Positions 22,200 to 34,100 of a stretch of 64,000 bases of DNA are shown one piece after another (the stretch's first letter is position 1; every line of letters begins with the position of its first letter). A program made the translations under genes and the position numbers. The stretch covers positions 29,344,871-29,408,870 of the forward strand of contig NC_092676.1 of NCBI RefSeq assembly GCF_964355755.1. The letters are read 5' to 3'. Origin of the DNA: Antedon mediterranea. Its lineage: Eukaryota; Animalia; Echinodermata. The notes under the pieces were generated by a model that saw only the letters and a list, made by a program, of their open reading frames with translations, searched no databases and was not told the DNA's origin.

Positions 22200-25100
22200 T
22201 TAAAGTTCCTCCTTCTTTGTTTGATCAATTTTCTCCTTTTCTAAATATTGCAAAAGTTCTTCCTAAAAAACACAAATATTTTATAGAAATCAAGACTATA
22301 AAATTGTTATTTGAGGTTTGTTTTAGTAAATTAATTGTAAATATTAAATATTAAAACATATATTAATATCAGTTGTATTGTAATACAATCATAGCATTAC
22401 ATACCCTTAGTTTTTGCCCATTTTCCATCAGTAATATATCTTGAATAACATTGCTATTAAATTCTACTTTATCTTCTATTGTTTCAATTTGCTGAAATAA
22501 AATAAAATCTAAGACTTTATTTAATCTGAAATTATTATAATGCAAATACAGGCATAGTAATGAATTAAATGATTATCATGTACAGACAACTCTCCCAATA
22601 TACCGGACTCTCTGAAACCCGAAAACAAACAGTCCCAAAATCATGTTTACCATTAAAAACACATTCTGAATACCAGACTTTCCAGAAAACCAGACATATT
22701 TGGCCAGCCCTGGTGTCCAGTATTGGGACAGTTTACTGTACTACAGTGAATTACTAAAACTCACATCAATTATATCTTCTTTAACAAGAACTCCATCATT
22801 ATTGTTATCCATAAGACGAAAAATCTGAAATAAAAAAAATCTCATAGATGATTGATATCAAGTTTCATTGGAAAATTTAAATATCAAGTTGGAGGCTAAA
22901 AAATATTCATTCTGACTAAAGCAGTCAAAACATAGTTGAATGATGGTTGATTTACAATTGACTAAAGAATAATGAAGATACTTTAAATAATAGAGTACAT
23001 CAATGGCCCTTCATACTTACATTTTCAATGATCCTGTCACATTCATCAGTCCACGTTAGTGATGTTAGACTAGGATAGGTCTTAAAATATTCCGTCAAAT
23101 TAGAAAGCGAAAATTGCCCACCGGCCATGACAAGTGAAATCATGTCACTACTGTATAAAAGTAAACAAAGAATGGTATTAAATTAAATAAACTACTGCAT
23201 TAATAATTGTTGAATGATTTGGCTTAATATTTGTAAAAAGAAACATTTTGGCACATATGGCATGTCATAACTGTACTTGAGCTGAAATTGAAATACCCAT
23301 TGGTTGTGCTACGTAAAGCTCTGTCTACACTATCAAAGTTTATGTGACAAAAAAATGTGATGCGCCTGTATAATGGACATGATGATGTCATAATATTACC
23401 ATATTTGAGCATATCACTACCATATTTGTGCATACTTTTTTGTCAAACTAGGTTGATAGTGTTGACAGAGCTTTAAAAGAAACTAGAGACTAGTATCAAG
23501 TCTGAATAAGACCATGTATTTACTTACGCAGGATCCTGGATCTCAATATCAGCTTCTAATTCATCTTTTAACGTTACATCAGCTAATGACATTTCTAGAT
23601 CTGGTGATCCACAGTTTGTAGGAGTCGGTAACATTTTGGCATCATGGGCCCACCATAGATTAACAGCTAAATTTCTATGGTATGAATTGACTTGATGAAA
23701 CCTAAATTAAAAAATAAAAATCATTTTTCTTTTTTTTAAAATTTTAAACAATAACTTGTGGTGTACCCTCGACCCACTCATCAATTCAATTAATCCAACA
23801 TTTATTGAGTTAAGAATAACTGGGACCCTCATAAGTTAGAAGCAACAGCTTGTCTCTTGAGGGCCCCTACAATACATGAAATGCTTTTTATGTGTCACTG
23901 TGTAATTCATTTATGTAAGTGGAAAGCCTCTCAACGATTAATTTTATTTATTATAAATTTTAGGCGATCCTGCCTTTTGTACTGCTTTATTTCTTACTTT
24001 GTACTGTATTTGAAATTTGGCGAAATAAATGATATGATAAGATGAAAAAACAAAGGAAAACGATTGAATATTAAATATTGTTACCATTTGTATGGAATAA
24101 ATATGCAATCTCCTGCTGACATCTCAGCATAATGGAACTCAACTTGAGTCAAACCGGGGTACTTAAGTAAATCTACCTCATCTATGTCAACCGATGAATA
24201 ACCACCCAGAAATTTGTCAAGAGTTACCTGAATAAAAAAAATGAATGAAATATGAACAAATGAAATAATAAAGGAAATGATTAAATCAATAAAGCCTTGT
24301 CTACACTAAAAATAAAAGTGATATGCCCATATATAGACATGATGATGTCATATCACTACCATATTTGGCAATATCACTACCATATTTGACAATATCACTT
24401 CCATATTTAGGCACATAACACTTTTTTTTGGCAAACTAGTTTGGTAGTGTAAACAGAGCTTGAGGAGAGAAGAATAAATATTTTGAAATAATTACGAATG
24501 AAAGAGTGAATGAACAAATTAATAAATAAATAAATGAAATTATAAAGAGATGAATAATTACAAATATATTGATTGAATGAATGATACAACAAACCGAATC
24601 TATAACTTGCATTTTCTCTATATTTATAATCTATAAAAATAATTTCTTTCTTGCCACTATATAAACAGTTTATGTTATCAACGTCATCGTTATGTAATAC
24701 TGACTTGGTTCCGCCATTGCTAATCCACATGACCTAAAAAAAAGAATATTGGCCAATCAGAATAACGAACATCAGATGAAATGTTTATTATTGTATATTA
24801 TTTATTATTAATATATCTGATTTATTTGTATTAAGATGGATCTCAATCTCTCTCTCAATTAAGGATTGTACAATTTTGATTGTGCAACAGGAAAATATAT
24901 ACACACAGCATTGTCATTTTTTCAATAAATTGAAAAATAATGTTTTACCAGGGCCGTAAAATTGAAATTCTTAATTTTCACTACCCACCTGTTTCACTAC
25001 CCACAATTCCCCTGTAAAAAATCATCATATTTTTAATAATTATAATAATTATATTTTAAGCATCTTTGCATCATCTCTTTTTAACCTCTTGCTTTGGCCT

Positions 25101-27382
25101 TCTTTATATTATGTTAAATTTACAAAAAATATCAAATGGTATTATTTTTAGCCCATCCTTCCTCTTCACTCAATCCACATATTGTTACAGTAACTCTTTC
25201 CTTCTACTTTGTATCCTACAATTCAGTGATAATTTCATAATTTATTATTATTTTATATTTTTAAATTATCTTTTATATGAGAAATGTAACTTACTGTAGC
25301 CACTAATTTCTTGAGAACCTCTTGGCAAATCAGACTTTTTGGAACGGGAACATCTTTTCTAAAATGATAAAAATTAATAACACACTGTTTATGTTCTTTA
25401 TTATTCAACAGAATGATTAGTAGACTTGAATGCTAGAAACCAAAAGTGCTGGTTCGAGCTGCAGACTTTGTCTTGATGTGACATGTTATCTTGGATAAGG
25501 TAGGAATAAATGAACTACCTAACACAGCAGAACAGTGATGTGACATGTTATCTTGGATAAGGTAGGAATAAGTGAACTACCTAACACATAGCATCTTTGA
25601 AAAAGAGCAGAAGTTTCTTAACAGTTTCTAATATTTATTAAGGCCTTCGATGAAAATTGCTTGAAATGAAGAGGGGTATTAGAGAGGGGTATTAGAGAGG
25701 GGTATTGGAGAGGGGTATTAGAGAGGGGTATTGGAGAGGGGTATTAGAGAGGGGTATTGGAGAGGGGTATTAGAGAGGGGTATTGGAGAGGGGTATTAGA
25801 GAGGGGTGTAGAGGGGGGTATTAGAGAGGGGTATTAGAGAGGGGTATTGGAGAGGGGTATTAGAGAGGGGTATTGGAGAGGGGTATTAGAGAGGGGTATT
25901 GGAGAGGGGTATTAGAGAGGGGTGTAGAGGGGGGTATTAGAGAGGGGTATTAGAGAGGGGTATTGGAGAGGGGTATTAGAGAGGGGTATTGGAGAGGGGT
26001 ATTAGAGAGAGGTATTGGAGAGGGGTATTAGAGAGGGGTATTAGAGAGGGGTATTGGAGAGGGGTATTAGAGAGGGGTATTGGAGAGGGGTATTAGAGAG
26101 GGGTATTGGAGAGGGGTATTAGAGAGGGGTATTGGAGAGGGGTATTAGAGAGGGGTATTGGAGAGGGGTATTAGAAAGGAGTATTGGAGAGGGGTGTAGA
26201 GGGGGGTATTGGAGAGGGGTATTAGAGAGGGGTGTAGAGAGGGGTATTAGAGAGGGGTATTGGAGAGGGGTATTAGAGAGGGGTGTAGAGGGGTATTAGA
26301 GAGGGGTATTAGAGAGGGGTGTAGAGGGGGTTTATTTTATATATTTCACATACATCCAGCAGCGATATCGCCAATTACAGGATGACTTAAGACTCAAATA
26401 TAAATACATAAGATTAAAATATATATAACAATTACTTATATAGAGAGGGGTGTGTATAGAGGGTTGTAGAATCTTGCAAAGAGCGGCCTAAGTTAATCTA
26501 ATATTCAACTCTACCTTAAATGTGTTGGCACGTCCGTGACTAAATAGATATCTTCATTTTTGTATCTGTTAAAAAACTCTGTTAGAGACATATCCATTGA
26601 TGGATCTAATCTATTTTCTTTCTTGTTATATTCAACATCTACAATGGTTGACAATGAATCTGGTAAATCAGCTAGGTAGTTATCTGTCCAATACTGGAAT
26701 GCATTCGCTGTTTTAGCAACACCTGAAATTGTTTGTATTTTTATTAATGCTGATAGATAACATTTTGGGCTCAAATATTACTATTTTCACTTTATTATTA
26801 TAAAAAAAAACACATAAATAAAATTACAGATCATGGCCAAAGGCCAAATTGACTGTAAGTTTTACAACAATATTAAAATATATAACTTCACTAAATAAGA
26901 TTCAGTATAGCAAAAAAAATGGCAAAACACACAAGATTACTAAAAGGAGAGCCAGGTGTGAGAGAAGATTAATTGGGTTTATAAGGAATGATAATTTTAG
27001 GATTAGGAAAATTCTTGGCAATTTAATAGAATTAACTTTATTATTTATAAAAAAGTCAATATACATTTATTAATTTATCTAAAAATCTCATATAAAGAAA
27101 CAAAACAATACTTTTACCTTTAAAAACGACTGGTTTGGAAGCGTAAACGTAATTAGCAAAGAAATCAATCGGTGACAAGTATTGATGCACGACATCTATT
27201 GGTAGCTTGTCTTTTGCTGACCCCAAAGGTTTTAGGTGACCTGCTGGTCCTGCCAAATCATTTTTCGAACCTGTCTGTTCATGCGATTCTTGAGAACAAC
27301 ATTCACAGGTGAATATGGAAATGAATATGCAAATGAGAGAAATATTGATGATGGCAGTATGCAGCAGCAGCATTTTAATCAT
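22200..27382 (-). CDS. JmjC (Cupin_8; JMJD7/JMJD5/TYW5-like) 2-oxoglutarate oxygenase with signal peptide, EF-hand-like loop and C-terminal KEEL (438 aa)
   Basis: Exons 27382-27118, 26722-26515, 25358-25295, 24733-24611 (GC donor), 24227-24085, 23701-23528, 23150-23021, 22824-22765, 22491-22405, 22262-22200; 1317 nt, phase-consistent. Motifs: SKPVVFKG, WISNGGTKSVLHND, LYSGKKEI, GDCIFIPYKWFHQVNS, AVNLWW, DNNNDGVLVKED and ...TKKEEL*. Probable non-coding first-exon donor at 27776/27777. Confidence 0.9.
23315..23474. mobile_element. MITE family A
   Basis: aaagctctgtctacactatcaaa ... ttgatagtgttgacagagcttt. Confidence 0.85.
24291..24461. mobile_element. MITE family A
   Basis: Degenerate TIRs with three internal atatcactaccatattt-type repeats. 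Confidence 0.75.
25670..26330 (+). repeat. 13-bp G-rich minisatellite (AGAGGGGTATT[A/G]G)n
   Basis: About 50 tandem copies visible in an intron of the JmjC gene. Confidence 0.95.
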
Positions 27383-28129
27383 GAATCTAAAGAAAAAAGA
27401 AATATGTACATTGTAAAGGATGTGTGACAAAGCTAAAATTAAAAAAAAAAGAAAAAAGATCCCCAACAAAATTTGAGATGTTAAACATATGGTACAACAT
27501 TGTGTCAACACATGGCCGTGTCAACATTATCTTATCGTATGTATTGTCATGGCCCTGGTACCTGGTGATGACTGGCCTAAAAATGTCCTTCTTTCTTCTC
27601 ATCATTTCCTGCTGGTTCATTGGACAACAAGGATAGAAATGTTAGCACCAGTTTTCAGTAAATGAGTTTTCTTTCATTTTGATGTTACAGTATGGTGGTG
27701 ACTGAGATCCACTCAATCACTGACAGCCCTTACACGTTAGCCTACTTACTAATAAACCTACTACTACTATACTTACTTGATAGATAGTGATGAGAATGAA
27801 AGATTAATCTCAGACTCTAGTATTATTGTATCTCGTATATTCTCTTCCTCCTTCCTATGTAATTATGCAGTTCAGTTTGGCAGCATGAATATAATTTACT
27901 TTATAATAATAATTCAACAGTATTTTATCTAATTTAATCGTCTGCTTTTTTTATGCAGAATATCAACCACATCAATCAAAATGTATTGTGTTCTTTCTTG
28001 TTCACTCATGCATATCAAATTTGAGGTATATTCAGAGCGTCATTCTGGCGACTGGAGCATCCTCTACGTCTATACGGAGCGCCATTTATGCCTTTATTAA
28101 CTTCAATAATAGAAATAACTATGGTAACT

Positions 28130-28860
28130 GATCAAGTGGCACCCGATTTAGCACCAGGGTAGCACAGAGTGATATAACATTTTAATATCGTTTCGTAAGT
28201 TAATACACTGTGCTCAAGTGGATCCAATTTGGCGCCAGTGGATCACAGTGATATAAAATAGAAATAAAAGTCACTACACATTTTAATATCTTTTCGTATG
28301 TTAACATTGTGCTCAAGTGGACCCAATTTGGCCCCAGTGGAGCACAGTGATATAAAATAGAAATAAGTCACTGAATGTTAATATCTTTTCGTGTGTTAAT
28401 ACACTGTGCTCAAGTGGATCCAATTTGGCGCCAGTGGATCACAGTGATATAAAATAGAAATAAAGTCACTACATTTTAATATCTTTTCGTATGTTATTAC
28501 ATTGTGCTCAAGTGGACCCAATTTGGCGCCAGTGGATCACAGTGATATAAAATAGAAATAAAAGTCACTACATTTTAATATCTTTTCGTATGTTAACATT
28601 GTGCTCAAGTGGACCCAATTTGGCCCCAGTGGAGCACAGTGATATAAAATAGAAATAAGTCACTGAATGTTAATATCTTTTCGTATGTTAATACACTGTG
28701 CTCAAGTGGATCCAATTTGGCGCCAGTGGATCACAGTGATATAAAATAGAAATAAAGTCACTACATTTTAATATCTTTTCGTATGTTATTACATTGTGCT
28801 CAAGTGGACCCAATTTGGCCCCAGTGGAGCACAGTGATATAAAATAGAAATAAAGTCACT
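28130..28860. repeat. About 98-bp tandem repeat (7 conserved units plus degenerate ends; resumes at about 29463-29520)
   Basis: TGTGCTCAAG recurs at 28209, 28308, 28405, 28503, 28600, 28697 and 28795. Confidence 0.92.
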
Positions 28861-29461
28861 TAAAAGGCCATGAGGTACGGGCAAAAAATTTCTATTGATC
28901 ATACATTCCAAATAATTATCGATCTATAGTTTCCCCTATGTTTCATAATTGGGATTTTATTTGTGTTACACGAGCTTGTTGAAAATAAGCACTGTCTTAT
29001 CAGTGGGGGGATAGTTCAAATTACACAGTAAAATCTCTATTCTTTTGTACACAAATTTTGTAAATAGAGAGGCATTTTAAAAAGCTACGAAAAATAAACA
29101 GTGTGGTAAAAAATTTTATCAGATGACTAAGTATGTAATATAACTTGAAAATTACATTTCTGGAACTTTTATTCAACTTCAAATTTTTATTTTCATGCTT
29201 TAGCAAAAATTATCCACCGTATATCCACCCTCTTTTTTCACCTTCTAGGGAGTCACCAGACATGTTATTACATTAGGTTAACTACCTAACTACTGAAAAA
29301 AGGTCTTCCTGGTTTTTATGGAAGAATTTTGCAAAATTTTGTATTTGGCCATGTTAAGGGAAATTCATGTTTTTTCGTCTTGATTTCTGTTACAAATATT
29401 TGATTTATGTACAATTAACCAAATATTATATTTAAAATTCATGCCTGTACCTCAGCTTTAA
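28860..29461. mobile_element. TTAA-flanked non-autonomous element (Kolobok- or Crypton-like) inserted into the satellite
   Basis: ttaa-aaggcc...cagct-ttaa; closely similar inverted copy at 43702-44244. Confidence 0.75.
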
Positions 29462-29914
29462 GATTCAATCTTTCGTATGTTAATACACCGTGCTCAAGTG
29501 GAACCAATTTGACGCCAGTGGTAGGTAGAGCACAAATAGTCAAAAACATCGAGATACTTCTGAAAATACTTCAAACATAATATTTCAAACTTCCAGGTAT
29601 ATAGGTTACTCCATAAAAATTAGTTTCAAGTCATATCAATGATTTTAATAATTTGCGTTTCAATCTAAGATCACCGAAGAGTGCACCTATTCATTAAAAT
29701 ATGACATTAAATATTAAGTTGACCGCGAATGACTAACAATGCCATCTTCCCCACTACACCTGCAGAACCATATTGCATAACAACGCACGACATTCCAAAC
29801 CGTTTCGTACACCTGAGATGAAAATATAAAATTCAATTTCTTTTAAAATTGAGGGCGGCAAACATGAAATTTACGAGATCGAATACAGGTTGAAAAAAAA
29901 ATTGAATAAAAAAA

Positions 29915-30150
29915 AAGATGTTAAATGTGCTCTCCCTGCCTCAGCACCAGGCCATGCCACAGCCTTTTGGGGTCGTTTCCAGCACATCACCAGATGCATT
30001 GATGTTGTCGCCTCATGATGTGTGGTGGAAAGGGGGACGTATAATCTGTGAACCCCAAACACAGTGGCCGCATGCCTTTAACTCTATTCCACCGACCAGC
30101 GTGGGAATCGAACCCACAACATACGTGTTGGCGACTGAGCTAACTGATCA
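29915..30150 (-). mobile_element. tRNA-derived SINE-like sequence; a second, divergent tRNA-like head at about 30255-30322 (+)
   Basis: Minus strand reads gatcagttagctcagt...gtgggttcgattcccacgctggtc (A/B boxes, anticodon arm incomplete) followed by a GC-richer body. Confidence 0.5.
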
Positions 30151-30751
30151 TTTTGGTTTTAACAAGGTTAATGTGATATTTATGATGAAATGATGAATTA
30201 CGTAATACACGTATAAATAGACTATTATCAGCTGTTCAGTCATGTACTACTTTGTGGCCTAACGGGTAATGCTCAGCTTTGGGTGCTCTCAGCTCTAGTA
30301 GATTGGGTTCAAACCTCTACGGATATTTTTTTTTTACTAAAAAAAAATAAATTAAAAAAAAAAAAATAAATAAATAAATAAAATAATGAATATTGTTTTT
30401 CTTTTATTTTGAAAGAGAGATATTTTGAGGGTTGTAAATGTCAGGCCTAAACAAGTGGACCTTTTTTTAAAATCAGAAACAAAGTTGCATGGCATTATTT
30501 TTTATTAAATAGACTGCCATAAAACATCGAAAAGAAGATCATGCGCTCCTTCATTTTTAGTACTCTTGGATGGGCTTCTTTTCCACATGGAGTTCTTTTC
30601 GAGATTACTTTTGCAAACTAAAAGAGGAGAGCTGATAGGTTCCCGGCCGGAAAATGTTTTATTTACATGATTTGAACAATCTTCTAATGTAAAAATTAAC
30701 AAAATCAACATTTTAACTTTTTACTCTGCTAAGAGGAACACAAAGGATATT

Positions 30752-30846
30752 ATTCCTGAGTACGATCAAAGCATATTAATCGAAACGTCGAGAAACTCAA
30801 TAGTTCTTTTCAGAACTAATATACGTGGTGTACCGCAATATCAACA
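30752..30846 (+). ncRNA. Degenerate type I hammerhead ribozyme, second copy of the Penelope-like terminal repeat
   Basis: CTGAGTA-C-GATCAA-agcata-TTAATC-GAAA-CG-TC; G8 is replaced by T. Confidence 0.55.
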
Positions 30847-31188
30847 AATGATTTTTTTTCTTAAATTTATTAAAATTTAGTAACTTTATTTCTATATACC
30901 ACTGTGCTCAACTGACATACAAAAATATATTAAAATTCAGTGACTGGACCAGTTACCGTAGTACTATTTCTATTTCTGAAGTAAATAAAGGCATAAATGG
31001 CGCTCCGTAGAGAAGTAGAGAATGCTCCATCGTCAGAATGACGTTCTGAATATGCCTCCAAATTTTACGTTGCGGATGTGACGCCCTCCTCGCTAAATTT
31101 CGGATTGATTCGGATTTTCACTTTGCGCACGCGCTCTAAAGAAAGTTTTGGACAACTCGTCGACGACACCAGCAGCAAGACACAGAAA

Positions 31189-34100
31189 ATGTCCGATGCA
31201 GGTTTTTTTCGAGTTAGTATTTGTATATTTCTCCATTAAATGCTATAAATATAATTTGGTGAACTTACTAAAGAGTTCTTGAAAGTTTATTGCTAGGATT
31301 TTATTTATTTATTGCTTATATTAGCGATTAAAATAATACGTTTTCGGTATTGCAAAAATAGGCCGGCCAGATCAGCAGCTGCAGTCACTCTCACATACAT
31401 TTTACCGTTTAGGCCCAGGCCTACTACTAATTGATAGGCCTAGGCCCTAGTTTTAGGCTAGCTAGATGGGCTTGTATCGTGATACCAGCGCACAAAATTT
31501 GGCTTGCCCGGCTTAGATAATTTGCAAGCAGAGGAGAGATCCAGCAATAAATTCAATCTAGAATTGTCTGATTAAAATAATTATGAATAAGCCTAACTAG
31601 GCTAGGCTAGTAGTAGTAGGCTAGCCCCTCCCTGGCTGGGCCCTACCTGAGGCTCAGTCTCTAGGCTAGAGTCTATAGGCCTAGCTAGTTAGGCTAGGCC
31701 TATATTGATAAATCTATATTAATTAGGCTTTAGTACTAGTAGGCCTAGTCAGTAAGAATAAAAGAAAGGTAAAAAAGCTAAACCTAAAAATGTACATCAG
31801 TATTTTTGTGTATGATAAATAAACCTACCTTCTTATTGTATTTGTATTACAGGGTACAAGTGCAGACCAGGATAACCGGTTTGCAAACAAACAGAAAAAG
31901 CTAATGAAGCAAATGAAATTTTCCGACATTTTGGAAAAGAAAGTGAGCATTCTTTTTTATTTTTGACAAGAACTGCAATCAAATGATAATAAAACCAAAC
32001 AAGTGTTGTACAGTATTCGATTTGGAACTTCTGTAGTCAACATAGATTTGTTGAGTACTTTTTGCATTTGAACTGTAAATTGTAAACTGAGTGTGGTCAA
32101 CAGAAAATCATTTTAATAGAAAATGTTAAAAAATGCAAGCTTTTTTTGTTGACAACAATCTCAATGCTCAAAATACTTGGTTAAATAAGTACTCAACGGA
32201 AAAACTATACTCAACAGTAAACTCCCAATTGTATACAACAAATGTAATTAACACTTTTCAAAAACAACTATGACAAACAACGTACCATTTAGCTTATATG
32301 AGTTATAACATTACTAAATGTAAGCTGGTGCTGTGAATACAACCACAAGTGTTTCAAAGTTGACGATGGCATGTCAGTTAGTCAACTATTTTAGGGAGGT
32401 TGACACTGAATCTGTTTATTCGTTAATGAGTTAACTAGTTCTAATTCGGTATTTAAATTTTGTGTGTGTTCATTGACATTAAAATGATACATAGTTTTTT
32501 TGATATTTTAAAAACCTTTCATATCGATTTTAAGTCCATTAATCTTAAAAAAATGTCTTGGTTTTTTGTAATTTTGTTGTGAAGGTGCAAATGAGCAAGG
32601 TGAACCTGGATACAATCAAGCCATGGATCACAAAGAAAATTACAGAAATCTTAGATGTAGAAGATGAAGTATTAATTGGATTCATATTCAACCAACTTGA
32701 AGAAGAGGTGATTAAACTTTCATTAACAATTTATAGCTAACGTCGACCAAAGTTAAATTATTAACATAATTTAATAATAGTTTATAGCACTGATATTGTT
32801 GCAAAATTTTAAACAAGCAATGGATTTGATTTAGAAATCAAAATAAATACCATTTTCATTAACAAGATTTATATTCAAGTTTTGAATTTAGCAATCATTT
32901 CAGTATAGTATTTTTTATAATAAAGGAAGTGGATTTTTGTTTTAAAAAAAATTGATTTTTGAATTTATGCCTCAAAGATGAGTCAAGGTAAGATGTTAAT
33001 TAATACATGAATCATAAACATTTGTTCAAATTATGTAAAATTAAATTTGCTATCCTTGTACAGTACAGTATTCACAAGGTTTGCTATTAGCAACAGGTAA
33101 GTATGCTTTTTTTTAAAGTTCATTCTTCCAAAACCAAACTCTGAAATAAAGAAATTATCATAAGAAGTATTAGATATTCGACAAGGTTTATTGCAAATAT
33201 CATGCGCAACGCATTGTGGGAAGGGTTTGGCAGTGGCATTGTGAAAAAAAGGTAAAGGTATTTGCGATAAACTTTATGACCCCAACTTTCTTTTAAAGTG
33301 CATTATTCAACGAGACATTTGTCATGGCTGGTGTTTTAAGCATTGACTTTGTGCATAGATTAAAGTAAGTTTATTGTGTAAGTTCTGGTAGAAGCCTGAT
33401 TATTATGTGGTAAGTAGGATGACATAGACTTGTAAATAGTAAGTGGTGTAAAGTGCTCTACCTGTTTAAATAAAATCTGCTCGATACCTACAGTACAGAA
33501 TTTACTGTAGATTGCAGATGCAGTACTGTATGCACTGCAGAATTACTGTACATTATCTACTGCAGAATTACTGTACAGCCTGTACTGCAGAATTACTGTA
33601 CATCATCTACTGCAGAATTACTGTACAGCCTGTACTGCAGAATTACTGTACATTATCTACTGCAGAATTACTGTACAGCCTGTACTGCAGAATTACTGTA
33701 CATTATCTACTGCAGAATTACTGTACAGCCTGTACTGCAGAATTACTGTACATTATCTACTGCAGAATTACTGTACAGCCTGTACTGCAGAATTACTGTA
33801 CATTAACTACTGCAGAATTACTGTACATTATGTACTGCAGAATTACTGTACAGCCTGTACTGCAGAATTACCGTACATTATCTACTGCAGAATTACTGTA
33901 CTGCAGAATTACTGTACATTATGTACAGCAGAATTACTGTACAGCCTGTACTGCAGAATTACTGTACAGCCTGTACTGCAGAATTACTGTACAGCGTGTA
34001 CTGCAGAATTATTGTACATTATCTACTGCAGAATTACTGTACATTATCTACTGCAGAATTACTGTACATTATGTAGTGCAGAATTACTGTACATTATGTA

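Larger units (their letters stand above)
28017..31065. mobile_element. Foldback-like element with long imperfect TIRs between the divergent JmjC and SRRM1 genes
   Basis: 28017-~28140 is the imperfect reverse complement of ~30940-31065. A partial satellite unit is also mirrored at 30865-30915. Both ends terminate in the palindrome AAATTT. Confidence 0.8.

Noticed and set aside
28130-28860. CRISPR-like array (also considered for 33490 and 46620)
   Set aside because: Units repeat over their full length with no unique spacers, there are no cas genes, and the context is eukaryotic.
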